From NCBI GenBank assembly GCA_010093605.1, contig MU004181.1, positions 2,356,001-2,420,000 of the forward strand: a DNA stretch of 64,000 nucleotides. Reading direction: 5' to 3'. This document shows positions 45,330-56,089 of the stretch, piece after piece. Numbering within the stretch: position 1 is the first letter of the stretch; every line of letters begins with the position of its first letter. The notes beneath the pieces were generated by a model, which saw only the letters and a list, made by a program, of their open reading frames with translations, searched no databases and was not told the origin of the DNA. Origin of the DNA: Lophium mytilinum. Its lineage: Eukaryota. The position numbers and the translations under genes were made by a program.

Positions 45330-46133
45330 CAAGCCGTGATCGTAGCCGGGTTCTTTCAGCACCCAGTCGCCGTGTCTAAGATCTATGCAAGTGCTAGAAG
45401 CTATCGATTGCGCGTTAAACTGATAGTAGACCCGCAGAAGTCCGATCCGTGGCTTTTCGCGGTACTGTCGAAAATCCTATGCGAGGTTTCCCTTCGAAGA
45501 CGCGGGCCTCTTTACTACATACAGTTATTGGGGTGGTGGAATACCTAGACGTTGGATGGGCCCCACTTTGATCTTGGCAGCCCTTTGCCGCTTTGCCGTT
45601 TTGGGTTTGTATTAGTTCTATAAATAGTGCGATTAGTATCGATCTGAAGAGGTTCTCAGGGTAGCCTGAATGAGGACGTAATCTCTTACTAACCGCCTCT
45701 TTGAAGAGGTGTTATAGCGCGCAAGGTTGCCTGTCCGTACGATCAAGGAAGTCTCTCCTGCTGCCGTCTCTCATATTACATCAGCAAAAGTCACGTGGGA
45801 AGAAAAGAAGCACCTGTCGAAAGTGTTGGAAGCCTTGGGGATGGATGCTGTAAACGTAGATGATTGTGCTTATATACGTGATAACTAGGGCAGTAACTTC
45901 GCGTCACCGGAGGTCTCTCTGTTTATCAGGGTTATAACTTACAAACTCCTAGTGTTAACGCCGTATAATCTACGTTAAATGTGAATTGATAGGACGACAC
46001 TCAGGATTGAGTTCGCGGAGTCGGGGCCGCGGAGTTGAGGCCGATCCTATAAATCAACGCAGAACTATTGGGTACAGCTTTAAGGTGGAAACCAGAAATT
46101 AGAAAACTTAGGTGTGATGCCTGATACTACACC

Positions 46134-47200
46134 TCAGATGCAGTTACATAGCATCCCTTTTTGACCATGGCGCCCGGGATCACAATCTAGAATGAACCTC
46201 TGTTGGTCTCCATGTAACAATTCCGTCATCATAACGAACAACTCAGCTGGGTCACACCGTGAGAGCGCATCGCCACTCCATCGCTGTAGAACTATGCTAG
46301 GCAGGATATCTCATTCTCCCTACATTCTGCCTCTGCTTGTTTTCCACTCGTTCCAAGAGGGCAATGTCCATGTCCGGGAAAAACTCCAAGAAGGCGAAGA
46401 GAACAGGTTTATTTACCTGTAGAAGTGGTGCTTGGACAAGAGAAACTGCAGATTAGCCGCGAAGATAGTAAATGCTTATCTATGCCGGAAATCTAGAAAC
46501 TTCTAGGCAGCCAATCGCCTTGGAATGGTCACGCCACACTCGGGCTATCTAGAGCTCTTTGATGTCTTTGAATGACGCAAGAGCTTTCTGCTACGCGGAT
46601 AGTTTGACTTTCCAGAAGAGCCTTGAAAACGTTGCTAGCTCTCCAGGATCTCCAGCACAGTCGTAGCCTGTAGAACTGTTCCCTCCGCGTTTAAGGCGTG
46701 GCATACTGAATAACGTCAGATGCAAATCAAAGGAGTAGCAGAGATCCGGTTTCCTTGGTTTGGCATGCCGTGTGTATAATAAAGCCCCTGATATGGCCGG
46801 AATAGAAAGCCACTTTGATTAACAACCATGTCCCTAAAGATAACAGAATGCGAATCTGAGCTCCTGATCCAAGTGACGTTGAGTAGACGATTGGAATAAG
46901 ACTTGACATATTCCCACATGGTGTGGTTCGCAGGGTGGTCTAGATAGAAGTTACCGCAGCAGACTTTGGCCCAGTGGTAACTACCCAGCAACTTTAGGAT
47001 CAGAAGACCTGTGATTTTGGAGTACCTCAATTGGCTAGATGAGATAGGGGGAGACTGCTGGTAAAACATATGTTCCAGGACTCGATGCCGCCATAACTTT
47101 TTTAGATGGCCCTCACATTGGCTACAGAGCTCCCAGGAATGTCCTTACGTATAGAGACTTAATACATAAACGACGTAGCGCGTGGGTAGTGCTTTTAGTG
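46134..47200 (-). pseudogene. Possible decayed F-box-type gene
   Basis: Fragments across frameshifts: LKALPT..., DIPGSSVANVRAI, KKLWRHRVLEHMFY, RLFWKVKLSA*QKALASFKDIKEL*IARVW, KPVLFAFLEFFPDMDIALLE; interrupted by TAG stops. Confidence 0.35.
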
Positions 47201-47423
47201 TGGCGGCCAGCTAGGTTTCCGGGCAAAGAGGGCAAAGCTAAATGCAGTCCGAGGTCCGACTCTCGAGGAATATTATCGAATAAGCCTGTGAGGGGACGCG
47301 GCTCTAGGTGAAAGAACAGTAATCATGTCGTGTGCCTCCTTCGAAGTAGAGGGTAGTGACGGAGAAGCATCGTAGAGGCAGAACGCCGTGGAGGTGGAAT
47401 GTCTGAGAAACAAAAGGCTTTCA

Positions 47424-47484
47424 GGGAACTGCCCTAGAGGTGGACTGTCCTAGAGATGGACTGTCCTAGGGGTGGACTGTCCTC
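47424..47484. repeat. 16-bp minisatellite, about 4 copies
   Basis: GGGAACTGCCCTAG AGGTGGACTGTCCTAG AGATGGACTGTCCTAG GGGTGGACTGTCCTC. Confidence 0.9.
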
Positions 47485-50400
47485 AGGGGAAGAATGCTGA
47501 ACGCGAGCATCCGAAAAGTGAATAGCCCTTGAAGGAGACTGTGTTTCGCACGAAATTCCGTAGAAGCTAAGAGTCCGAGTAATAAAGTGATCCTGAACTT
47601 AACAGACCTAGAAAAGACTGTTCCGGAAGCTGACCTGTTAGATTGAGATTACAGTAACGGCCCAGTGTTGGAGGAGTGATCACATTGAAATCTTAAGCGA
47701 CGATTGTCTGATATGATACGAATATATTGGCTACAAGCAGAACTCCGGGTGTTCCAGGAAAAATATGCGATTAAGCAGCGGTAGATCGTTCCCGACTGTA
47801 GACTACTTTCCTCATGTACGGACTGGCTAAGCTTGTGCTTAGATTTTTAATGAAGGTACGGTGTACAGCAAGACTCCAAGCCGGGAGGATTGTTTGAGCG
47901 GTCCTGGAGGAGATAGATGTCGAAAGAGTACAAGTGGGTCGTTGCTGGTATGAGATCTCTTCACCACGCAGCGAATGAATGGAACCATATAAAGCAAGGG
48001 GATGCTCCAAGATCGGAATCCGCTGAGGATCAAATCGAAGGTTAAGAAAGCTGGTGGCATCAATCTCTATGGAAATTCATGCACAAACAAGAAACTCTAA
48101 TCAAGTGAAACTATCGCCATAGGTGTGAGGAAAAGTCCTGGAGCCTGATTAACACAGAATTGGACAACGATAGTGCGCTACCAAGCTAAAGCAGACGTGT
48201 CGTGGGTACAGGTAGGATGGCTGTCCATTTGAACACGGGGGATAATCGCGCAATACTGAGGTCCGACAGAACATCACCAACGGGACAGTCCGGGAGGGCA
48301 GATCCAAAAGGCGAACACTAAGCGAAGGCAGAAAGGAGCCCGGACATGTAGGAGTCTCTGGGAAAAAACGCGGTATCATGGGGAGAGCGCGGTCGATATG
48401 TTGCGTCAAGAAAGTCCACGAGGAGGATTCGGCGGGATACGAAGATATCTAGCACGGTAAAGTTCGCAGGGAGCATTCGAAGAACAAGTGAAGAAACGAG
48501 GAGTACACCTATAGAGATTAGTAGTAATGGAGGGGTACTACTGTATACTCTCGAGGGGAACCGTGAGGCCTCCCCCAAGACGTTGCACTATCGATTGGGT
48601 CCGGTCGACAAATACAACGAACTAGCCAACCGAGATGTCTACAGCTCTCACAAGGGCATTGAAAAGAGAACCGGAAGACGATGATGGCGAACAAAGATGT
48701 TGAAAAGGTGGACGATGTCGAAGACCTCGAGGGTCGAAAAGTCCCCTGAGGGTCATGGCTTTCTCGAAAGCACAGAGCACAGCTAGTTTAAGGATGTTCC
48801 AGAGACGGAGCCAAGAAAGCTTCTCGCAGCTCGGAGATGGCCAGGCGCGGCAGGACGGCACAGATCCACCGTGCTGATGCCACCACAACCATGGCGACTT
48901 CACTGGCCAGATGGTGGGAAGCGAGCGCAATGAGCGCAATATTGGCGCGAGCGGTCGAGGTCTTGGCGTCAGGGCGGGTGTTGACTCGACGTGGCAAACG
49001 CTGGGATGGAACGACCGCAGCGGAGATTCAAAGACGGTGAAGAGCCGCCGAATGACGCATGGGAAAGCGTCAAGCAGGTCGGAAGGCGGCATCCGGCGCG
49101 CGATGGCGAATCGGCAGTGAATAGGGGCGCCGGAGTGGCAGCCGGACGCGTTCTGGACGTGACAGTGGTGAAGAAAGCGTGGTGAAGGGGCTGCAGAAAT
49201 GCGGCACAACGAACAGCGCAGCGACTCTCCCCGCCTTTTCCAGGAGCAGGGGGTGAGGCTATTGAGGGCCCCAAGCGGGAAGGCGTGCTCGCATCTCGTC
49301 AGGCGAGATGAATGGGTGCATTTTTGGAACAAGAGGTGTGGGGTGAGGCTTGACGTTGGTGAGAGGCCGCTGCAGAAGAAGAGGCTAACCGAAGCAGGGG
49401 CTCAAATTTCCACTCTGGACGACGCCATGCACACGCGATGGATGCTTTTGCAGCGTGAAGAGGTCAGACACCAGGCCTTGGGCCCCGAAGCGCCGCGGTT
49501 TTCCCAGGCTTTCAAAGATGACGGTGGCAAGGCGGCCAGCGCGCGCGAAGACGGTGGGACATCGTGCTGAGGCGGTGGTGTTTTGCTCGGGCTGACAGAG
49601 ACAGGCTGCATGGGCGCCCCGACGCTGACAGCAACGATGCCGGCGACGCTGCCGGAAGAGTCGAAAATAGGATCGCCAGGACCGGGCCCAGTTGGTCGCA
49701 GGCGGTGGATAGCGATGCATGGCCGTCGGGGCGCTTTCGCCTCGTGCGGCATCAACGGCGCACGCTTCGGCCATGCGCCAGCTCGAAGGAGACGGGAGAG
49801 CGTGTAACCCCTGAGTCTGCCACAGGGTCGACCACCCCCATTTGGCGGGCCATGTGCGTGCTGCTGCACCAACCGGCGCCGAGGAAACCTTGGGACTGAC
49901 CGCCACGCTGTCCCGTGACGCTGCGGCGGGCCGGTGAGAGAGACTGCCACTGCTTCTGCTTCTGCTGGCCCAAGGGAGCGCGCAGGCCTTCCAGGCTGCA
50001 TCACATCAGCACATCAGCGTCCACAACGGCCGACTGCGAGCCGGCCAATGGCCTCGTCGGCACGCAAGGGCGCAATAGCCGCTGGACAAAACGGTTCTCA
50101 GGACTCCCCGTCTGGTGTGCCAAGGCTGCAGTAGCAGGGGAGCCCAATCTCGACAATACGAGGCGCTGTCACGACTTGCCAGCTTTCCTCCTCCCGGCTC
50201 GGGCTAGCACAGGGGAAAACAACAGGATCGGCTGGTACCTGCGCTAGTTGCTTGCCAGGCCTTGCCCCCAGCGGCTCCGCTGGCGAGTCCGCCAAACAGA
50301 CGCTGCAGTGGTCCCCCTGGCTCAAGCCCTCCTTTCACCGACTGGGCCAATTGTTTCGACGGTGCAGGCCGCCGCTGTCTGGCCCCCCGTGCGGTAATCT

Positions 50401-50605
50401 CCCTCTGTTGATACATAAGACCTTCTCTGCTCTGCCCTTCTCATTCTTCATCCAGCCCAACTTTTCAAGCTCCAGCAGATCATCTTGACTTCGGTCGTCC
50501 ACTCGTTGAAACTCCAACTCACTTACATTCTTTAATTCCAACTCCGCCTCACCCTCACCTACTTCAACTTTTTTAAGTTTTAGCCAACCAACCACATCAA
50601 TCAAA

Positions 50606-51497
50606 ATGCGTTCCTCCATTGCCATTGCCGCCGCTATTGTCGGTGCCGTCAACGCTGCCCCTAACGGTGGCTACGGATACGGTGGATACGGTGCCGAGTC
50701 CTCCTCCGTGCCGGTTGTCTACTCTACCTCGTTAGTCACCGTCTACTCGTGCGGTCCCGAAGTCACGAACTGCCCGGCTAAGTACCACTCCAGCACGCCT
50801 GCTCCGTACGTCGCCTCCTCCACCGAGGCCCCCGTCTACAGCGCCCCCGTCTACACCCCGGCTCCCTACAGCAGCCCGGCCCCGTACTCTGCCCCGGCCC
50901 CTTACTCGGCCCCGGCTCCGTACTCTGCCCCGGCTCCCTACAGCGCACCCGCCCCGGTGTACTCTGCCCCGGCCTACAACGTCTCGTCGGCTGCTCCCTA
51001 CGGCTACATCACCAAGACGGTGTCTTCCACCGCCGTCTACGCTGTGACCACCGCTGGCACCACCACCGAGACCACTGAGGTCTACGTCTACACCACCGTG
51101 TGCCCTGCCACCGAGACTGAGGTCTACCCCACCGAGACCCCCTCTCCCTCCGCCCCGGAGTCTTCCGTCTACTACCCAGTCGAGAGCACCTCCACTTCCT
51201 GCACTGAGTCCAGCACCGTGACCGTTGTCGTCCCGGTCTCGTCCGCCTACTACCCAACTGGCACCGGTGGTGCTCCCTACCCGTCCGGTGCCCCATCCGG
51301 CACTGGTGTCTGGGGAACTGCCTCCAGCTCCGGGTAAGCATTCCTCTCACTCCAGTATCATAATCACTACTAACAAGTTCTCTAGCTACGGTGCTCCCTC
51401 CGCCACCTACCCACCTGAGTTCACTGGCGCTGCCAGCCACGCCAACGCTGGTCTGGCCGTTGCCGGTCTCGGTGCCTTCGCCGCTCTTTTCTTGTAA
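50606..51497 (+). CDS. GPI-anchored Ser/Thr/Pro-rich cell-wall protein; 2 exons
   Basis: Signal peptide MRSSIAIAAAIVGAVNA, SCGPEVTNCP, YTTVCP, C-terminal FTGAASHANAGLAVAGLGAFAALFL; strong codon bias. Confidence 0.92.
50828..50977 (+). repeat. Coding tandem repeat of APAPYS / APVYS
   Basis: About 8 units of 15-18 nt with synonymous variation. Confidence 0.85.
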
Positions 51498-52887
51498 ATG
51501 CCCGATCTCAATTGACGTCTCTTACCCATTCCGGGTTCGAGGCTATGGCTTTGCATGAATTCGGAGCAGGGGATTTGGTGTTTATATTTTCTTTTGTGGT
51601 CTTGAGTCTTGGGTTGCCCATGGGAGGGAGTGGCATCTAACGAACTGTCATGGGGGCCTCGACGGCAAAAAAGACGATGATCTCTGTATATTTGAGTGGA
51701 AGAGACCCTAATTCTAATCGGAAAGCTGTCGGAGTGTGGATAGGGGTGGTGGTTGTTGTAGAGAATTCAAAACTTGACTAAAACATTTGTCTTCTCTATC
51801 TGATGTCTTTGTGATTCTGGTGAATACTTGGTGTCCTGCGGTGATGACTTGTGTTCTGACTTCAAGTTTATCTTCTCAACAGCGTTGAGGAACTTCAATC
51901 CTCACGCTGCTCTTTCCACGCGTATTGTATATAATTCCCTCTGTACTTTCCATCTCATCTCCCTTCAGCCCTCCTCCCACGCCAACCCAGCCGATCAAAC
52001 CCACCCCCTGTCCGCAATCTTGCATCTCACAGCCCGCATCCCTGCCGTGTGCCTGACGCCCCCCTGCACCACCGCCTTTCTTTTCTAATTCGGGAACTTC
52101 CACCGCTGCCTGCTCCGGGTAACTCTTTGCTGCTTCTGACGCCGCCAGCACGGGATCGATGTCACCCTCGTGTACGTGAAACCTTGAAATTTAGACCTTC
52201 AAGCGTGGCTTGGGCAAGGCGCGAGGATAGCGGCGCATGCGGGTGGGTAATTTCCGAGATTATGGCGGCGTGGGGATGGGTTCCAGAGTGATGACTGGAT
52301 GGTGTGACTGATTTGGGAAGTTGTGCGGTGAATTGGCCGGTTTGTGGAGTTCCGTGTCAGTTCAGATCTTGGGGTGATGTCAGAAGTGTCTTGGTGTCAG
52401 AAGCGCCTTGATGGCTTTGGGATTGATTTGGGTTTCAGTTTGATAGGTTTTGACATGTGTGATGCGAGACCCTGAGCTGGAGTTGCGTGCCGGGTCCCGA
52501 GGAGAGACAGGGCGTTTTGTGTGCAACAGTGGTTGCTCCGATCTGGACAACGTGGGTCGGCTGAGACAGGCTCGGGATCGTTTTGTGCCTGGGCTGGTTT
52601 TGAGGACCCTGAGATCGATTTGCTGGGAGGGTACTGAGTGCTGGAATGGCTGTGTGACATTTTCGAAGCTCGTCTTCTAGCTGGGAGCGAATTGAAGTCT
52701 GACCTTCATTCTAACGTTACTGTCGACTCGAGGTCGAGCAACGCAAGTAGATCTGACTATATGTGCATTTTGTTGGGCTACTCTTGTGTTTTATGCGAAC
52801 AGCATCTTATAGAAAAACACATGCTTTTATATACCAGGCCATGGCCAGCTAGAAGTACAACATATAGTACAGTCTACTTTGGACTTC

Positions 52888-54198
52888 CTACAAACCGCCC
52901 ACCATCCCTTCAACGCTTCCAACCGGCCTCTCCACTAGGTTGATACATCCCTCAACAACGCTCTTCCTTGCCTCCTCGGAACTAACGTTCTTCCCGCCGA
53001 GATATAGTTCCCATACGAGCCGGCTAACTCGCTCATCCTTAACCTCTCCAAGATGCACAAACTCCCCATCCTTCTTCCCTTTCCTCACGTTCTGGTCCTG
53101 CGGTTGTGACTGGTACAGCGCACGGAACACGCCCTCTGCATCCCGAGTGAAGATGATCACAGACCCCTTGGCCGCCTTGCCACGACCGGCGAACAGCGAC
53201 CTAAACGCCCTCATAGACTCGCCAAACGACTCATCCGCGAACTCTGACGGGTCAACCGGCTTCGGAAGATTGATCTTCTTTGCCTGCTCCTGCTGCTGTT
53301 GCGCAAGTAGCTGCTGCTGCCTTCTCTGCGTGTCCTGGGTGCGGTTCGTAAGACCCCTCATCCACCCATCTTGCAGATGTTTGAAGTCTGTTCCCCGCGT
53401 TGGAACAACCCTGAGCGCCATTTCGATGCCGTCCAGACCGCGGCGCTGTAGCACATCGTCCCATACTCGCTCCGAGCTCTCACCGTCCAGTAGTACTCTC
53501 CGCAGGTGGTCTTTTTCGCCGGGTATAAGTGCTGACGCGGCGGGGTTGACATGCTTGATGAGAGCGGACTGTAGGAGTGGCAGAGAGGAGTTCTTGACGT
53601 ATAGTCCCACGACGTAGACTTGAACGCGCAGGAAAGACACTTTACGTATGCCGAGCCCTAGGAGAGTATATTCTTCAGAGGAGGGGGCCGTTTCTGATCC
53701 GCTGGTCGTGGGCAGCTGGATGCTGCGCGGGAAGAAGGGTACATAGGATGTCCCAGTGGGTACGAGCTCCTCGTTGCTGTCGGTCACTACCACAGGCTTT
53801 CCTTGGAAATCGCGGGTTGCAGAGGCGGGAGCGTCCGCGCGGTCAGACGGAAACCAGGAAGAATTGCTACTGCTGGTGGACTTGGACTCTTTCTTCTTGT
53901 TCGATAAATCGTCGAGGTCGTAGAACTGTATGATTACAATTGGGAGAAGCATGCATAGCGCAGCACCCAGCGCAGCGCGATTTCTTCCTTGAATGAGCTT
54001 GCGTCTTTCGATCTCTTCCCTACGTAGCGGGTCCTTCATGAAGGCATCCGCGTTGCTGCCATTGTAGTCCTTCGTGAGGGCATCCCGGGTGCTATTGTAG
54101 CGGCATCTCTGCGGCGTGCGAACGGGAGTGCGGGGGAAGTTGAGGCAGCGGTAGATGGGGCGCTTCGGTAGGAAGCGGGTTATTGGTGCGGGATTCAT
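52888..54198 (-). CDS. AIM18: Mitochondrial chalcone-isomerase-fold protein (Aim18/Aim46 family)
   Basis: Arg-rich presequence from MNPAP, YTLLGLGIRKVSFLRVQVYVVGLYV, RVVPTRGTDFKHLQDGW, YLGGKNVSSEEARKSVVEG. Confidence 0.82.
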   Translation of the reverse strand: MNPAPITRFLPKRPIYRCLNFPRTPVRTPQRCRYNSTRDALTKDYNGSNADAFMKDPLRREEIERRKLIQGRNRAALGAALCMLLPIVIIQFYDLDDLSNKKKESKSTSSSNSSWFPSDRADAPASATRDFQGKPVVVTDSNEELVPTGTSYVPFFPRSIQLPTTSGSETAPSSEEYTLLGLGIRKVSFLRVQVYVVGLYVKNSSLPLLQSALIKHVNPAASALIPGEKDHLRRVLLDGESSERVWDDVLQRRGLDGIEMALRVVPTRGTDFKHLQDGWMRGLTNRTQDTQRRQQQLLAQQQQEQAKKINLPKPVDPSEFADESFGESMRAFRSLFAGRGKAAKGSVIIFTRDAEGVFRALYQSQPQDQNVRKGKKDGEFVHLGEVKDERVSRLVWELYLGGKNVSSEEARKSVVEGCINLVERPVGSVEGMVGGL

Positions 54199-54332
54199 CC
54201 TGAGAGACTTGTAGTCGGTGATGGAAGCTTCAATGCTGGTGAAAGCTGGCGGCCGTGCGGAGAAGCACTCCACAAAGCTTGCAGGTGGAGTTCACGATGA
54301 CGGCTTGCGATTTGCCGAGCACTTAAACTTCA

Positions 54333-54351
54333 GCGCGTCCTAAAGACGCGT
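54333..54351. promoter_or_regulatory. Tandem MCB-like elements (GCGCGT, ACGCGT) upstream of NSE3
   Basis: GCGCGT at 54333-54338 and ACGCGT at 54346-54351, about 90 bp before the ATG. Confidence 0.55.
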
Positions 54352-54441
54352 CCCCCACCAAACAACTTGAGCGCCTCCTAAGATAACACACACAGCCGCG
54401 AGTCCTCAGCAGCCGCAGATTGATCTACTCACCGCACAAGT

Positions 54442-55625
54442 ATGCCTTCTGGTCGTAAACGCCGCGCCGAGGTACGTCTCCCCTCACTCAATTTATGCGC
54501 ATATCTAATCTACGATAGCCCGTGGATGACTACCCCGACAGCTCTCCAGCTCCAGCAGCCCAGGCGACGCAGCAAAAGCAGCGAGGGACACAGCAAACAC
54601 GTCGACAACAGTCCCCAGCCTCAGATGCAGAAGACTTTGTCGACGGAGAGGAGGGCGGGGAGTCGGACGATGCGAGTATACAGCAGCTCGCGAAAAATCT
54701 CGTGAGATATGCGCTCTCTTGCGAGTACGCTCGCGTTCCACTCCGGAGGCAGGACATCAGCACGAAAGGTACGAGTAGAAATCGTCTCGGACGAGCATTT
54801 CCCACACGTCGAATCGGCGCGTACACTCGCTAACGTCTTTCTCTAATCAGTACTCGGCTCACGTTCAAGAGCCTTCAGAAAGGTGTTCGACGAAGCCCAG
54901 GACATGCTGCAGGATATATTCGGCATGGAGCTAGTGGAGCTAGAGAAGAAGGAGAAGGTCACAATATCACAGAAGCGAGGTATGTCTGAGCACTGTCATT
55001 TTTTACTCGCAGTCCGCAGCTAAGCATTTGATCTCCAGCGGCGCAAATGTCGCAGAACGCTTCCAAAAGCAGCGGACAATGGATACTGAAAACGGTCCTG
55101 CCCAAAAAATACCTCAACGACCCCCGCATCCTAAGTCCTCCACGAGCTCCTACGATAGAAGCAGAGGCGCAATACGTGGGCCTCTACTCCATGGTTGTCT
55201 CCCTTATCTTGCTAGCGGGCGGCACTCTGCCAGAGGCGAAGCTGGACAGATATCTAAAGCGCCTCAACGCAGACCAGTCCACTCCACTCGACAAGACGGA
55301 CAAGGTGCTGGCGCGAATGGGCAAAGACGGGTATATTATAAAGGTCAAGGAGAGCCAGGGGGGGGAAGAGTCGATTGACTACGTGGTGGGACCGAGAGGG
55401 AAGGCGGAGGTGGGCGCCGAAGGTGTGGCAGCGTTCGTCAAAAGGGTATACGGCGAAGAGGCGGACGACAGCTTGCATCAACGTCTGGCGCGCAGCCTAG
55501 GAATAAGTGAGCGAGGTGCTGGGGAAGCGGGTCCTGCGACACAGAAGAGGAATCGCGGAAGGCCCCGGCAACCAGACAACAACGAGGAGGAGGAGCAGGA
55601 CGAGGACCAGAGCGAGGAGGACTGA
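54442..55625 (+). CDS. NSE3: MAGE-domain Smc5/6 subunit Nse3; 4 exons
   Basis: KNLVRYALSCEYARVPLRRQDI, FRKVFDEAQDMLQDIFGMELVEL, WILKTVLP, YVVGPRGKAEVG. Confidence 0.9.
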
Positions 55626-56089
55626 TGCGGCTGAGAGTTTCGAGGCGTCTGCGGTGTCTGGAGGTCAATTTCTGAGCGTTGTCATATTAAAGGGATCAGT
55701 GAAAGGCTGGACAGCCAGCCTCGGGTGCATCATGGGCAGTTCGCGCAATGCAGCCTTCGGCGTCAAAGGACGGGATAGGCTGTTCATATAGGCAGTGCAG
55801 CGGTGGAGTTTATTCGGCGGCGCAGATTGGAGGACAGGCTGAAGGGCAATATTGGATGAAGCCTTTCGGTCGAGTTGCATTGCCGGGCCCATTCGAGTTA
55901 CCCCACATCGGATTGATCAGCGGTGTGGAAGGCGTGGCTGGGCAAGAAAGAAGCTGGCAACGACCCAAGGACGGCGAGTCGACGCAAGAAGTCTGCAACT
56001 TGCGACCGCACCACCATGATCCCCCCAACGCCCGCTAGACGACTACTTGACTCGTAACATCGCCAGCGTCACGCTGCGACCCGTCCACC

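Noticed and set aside
47424..47484. CRISPR-like array
   Set aside because: Contiguous 16-bp units without spacers in a eukaryotic context; a minisatellite.
23000..48600. Starship or other large mobile element carrying the accessory region
   Set aside because: No tyrosine recombinase, transposase, reverse transcriptase or terminal repeats were recognisable.
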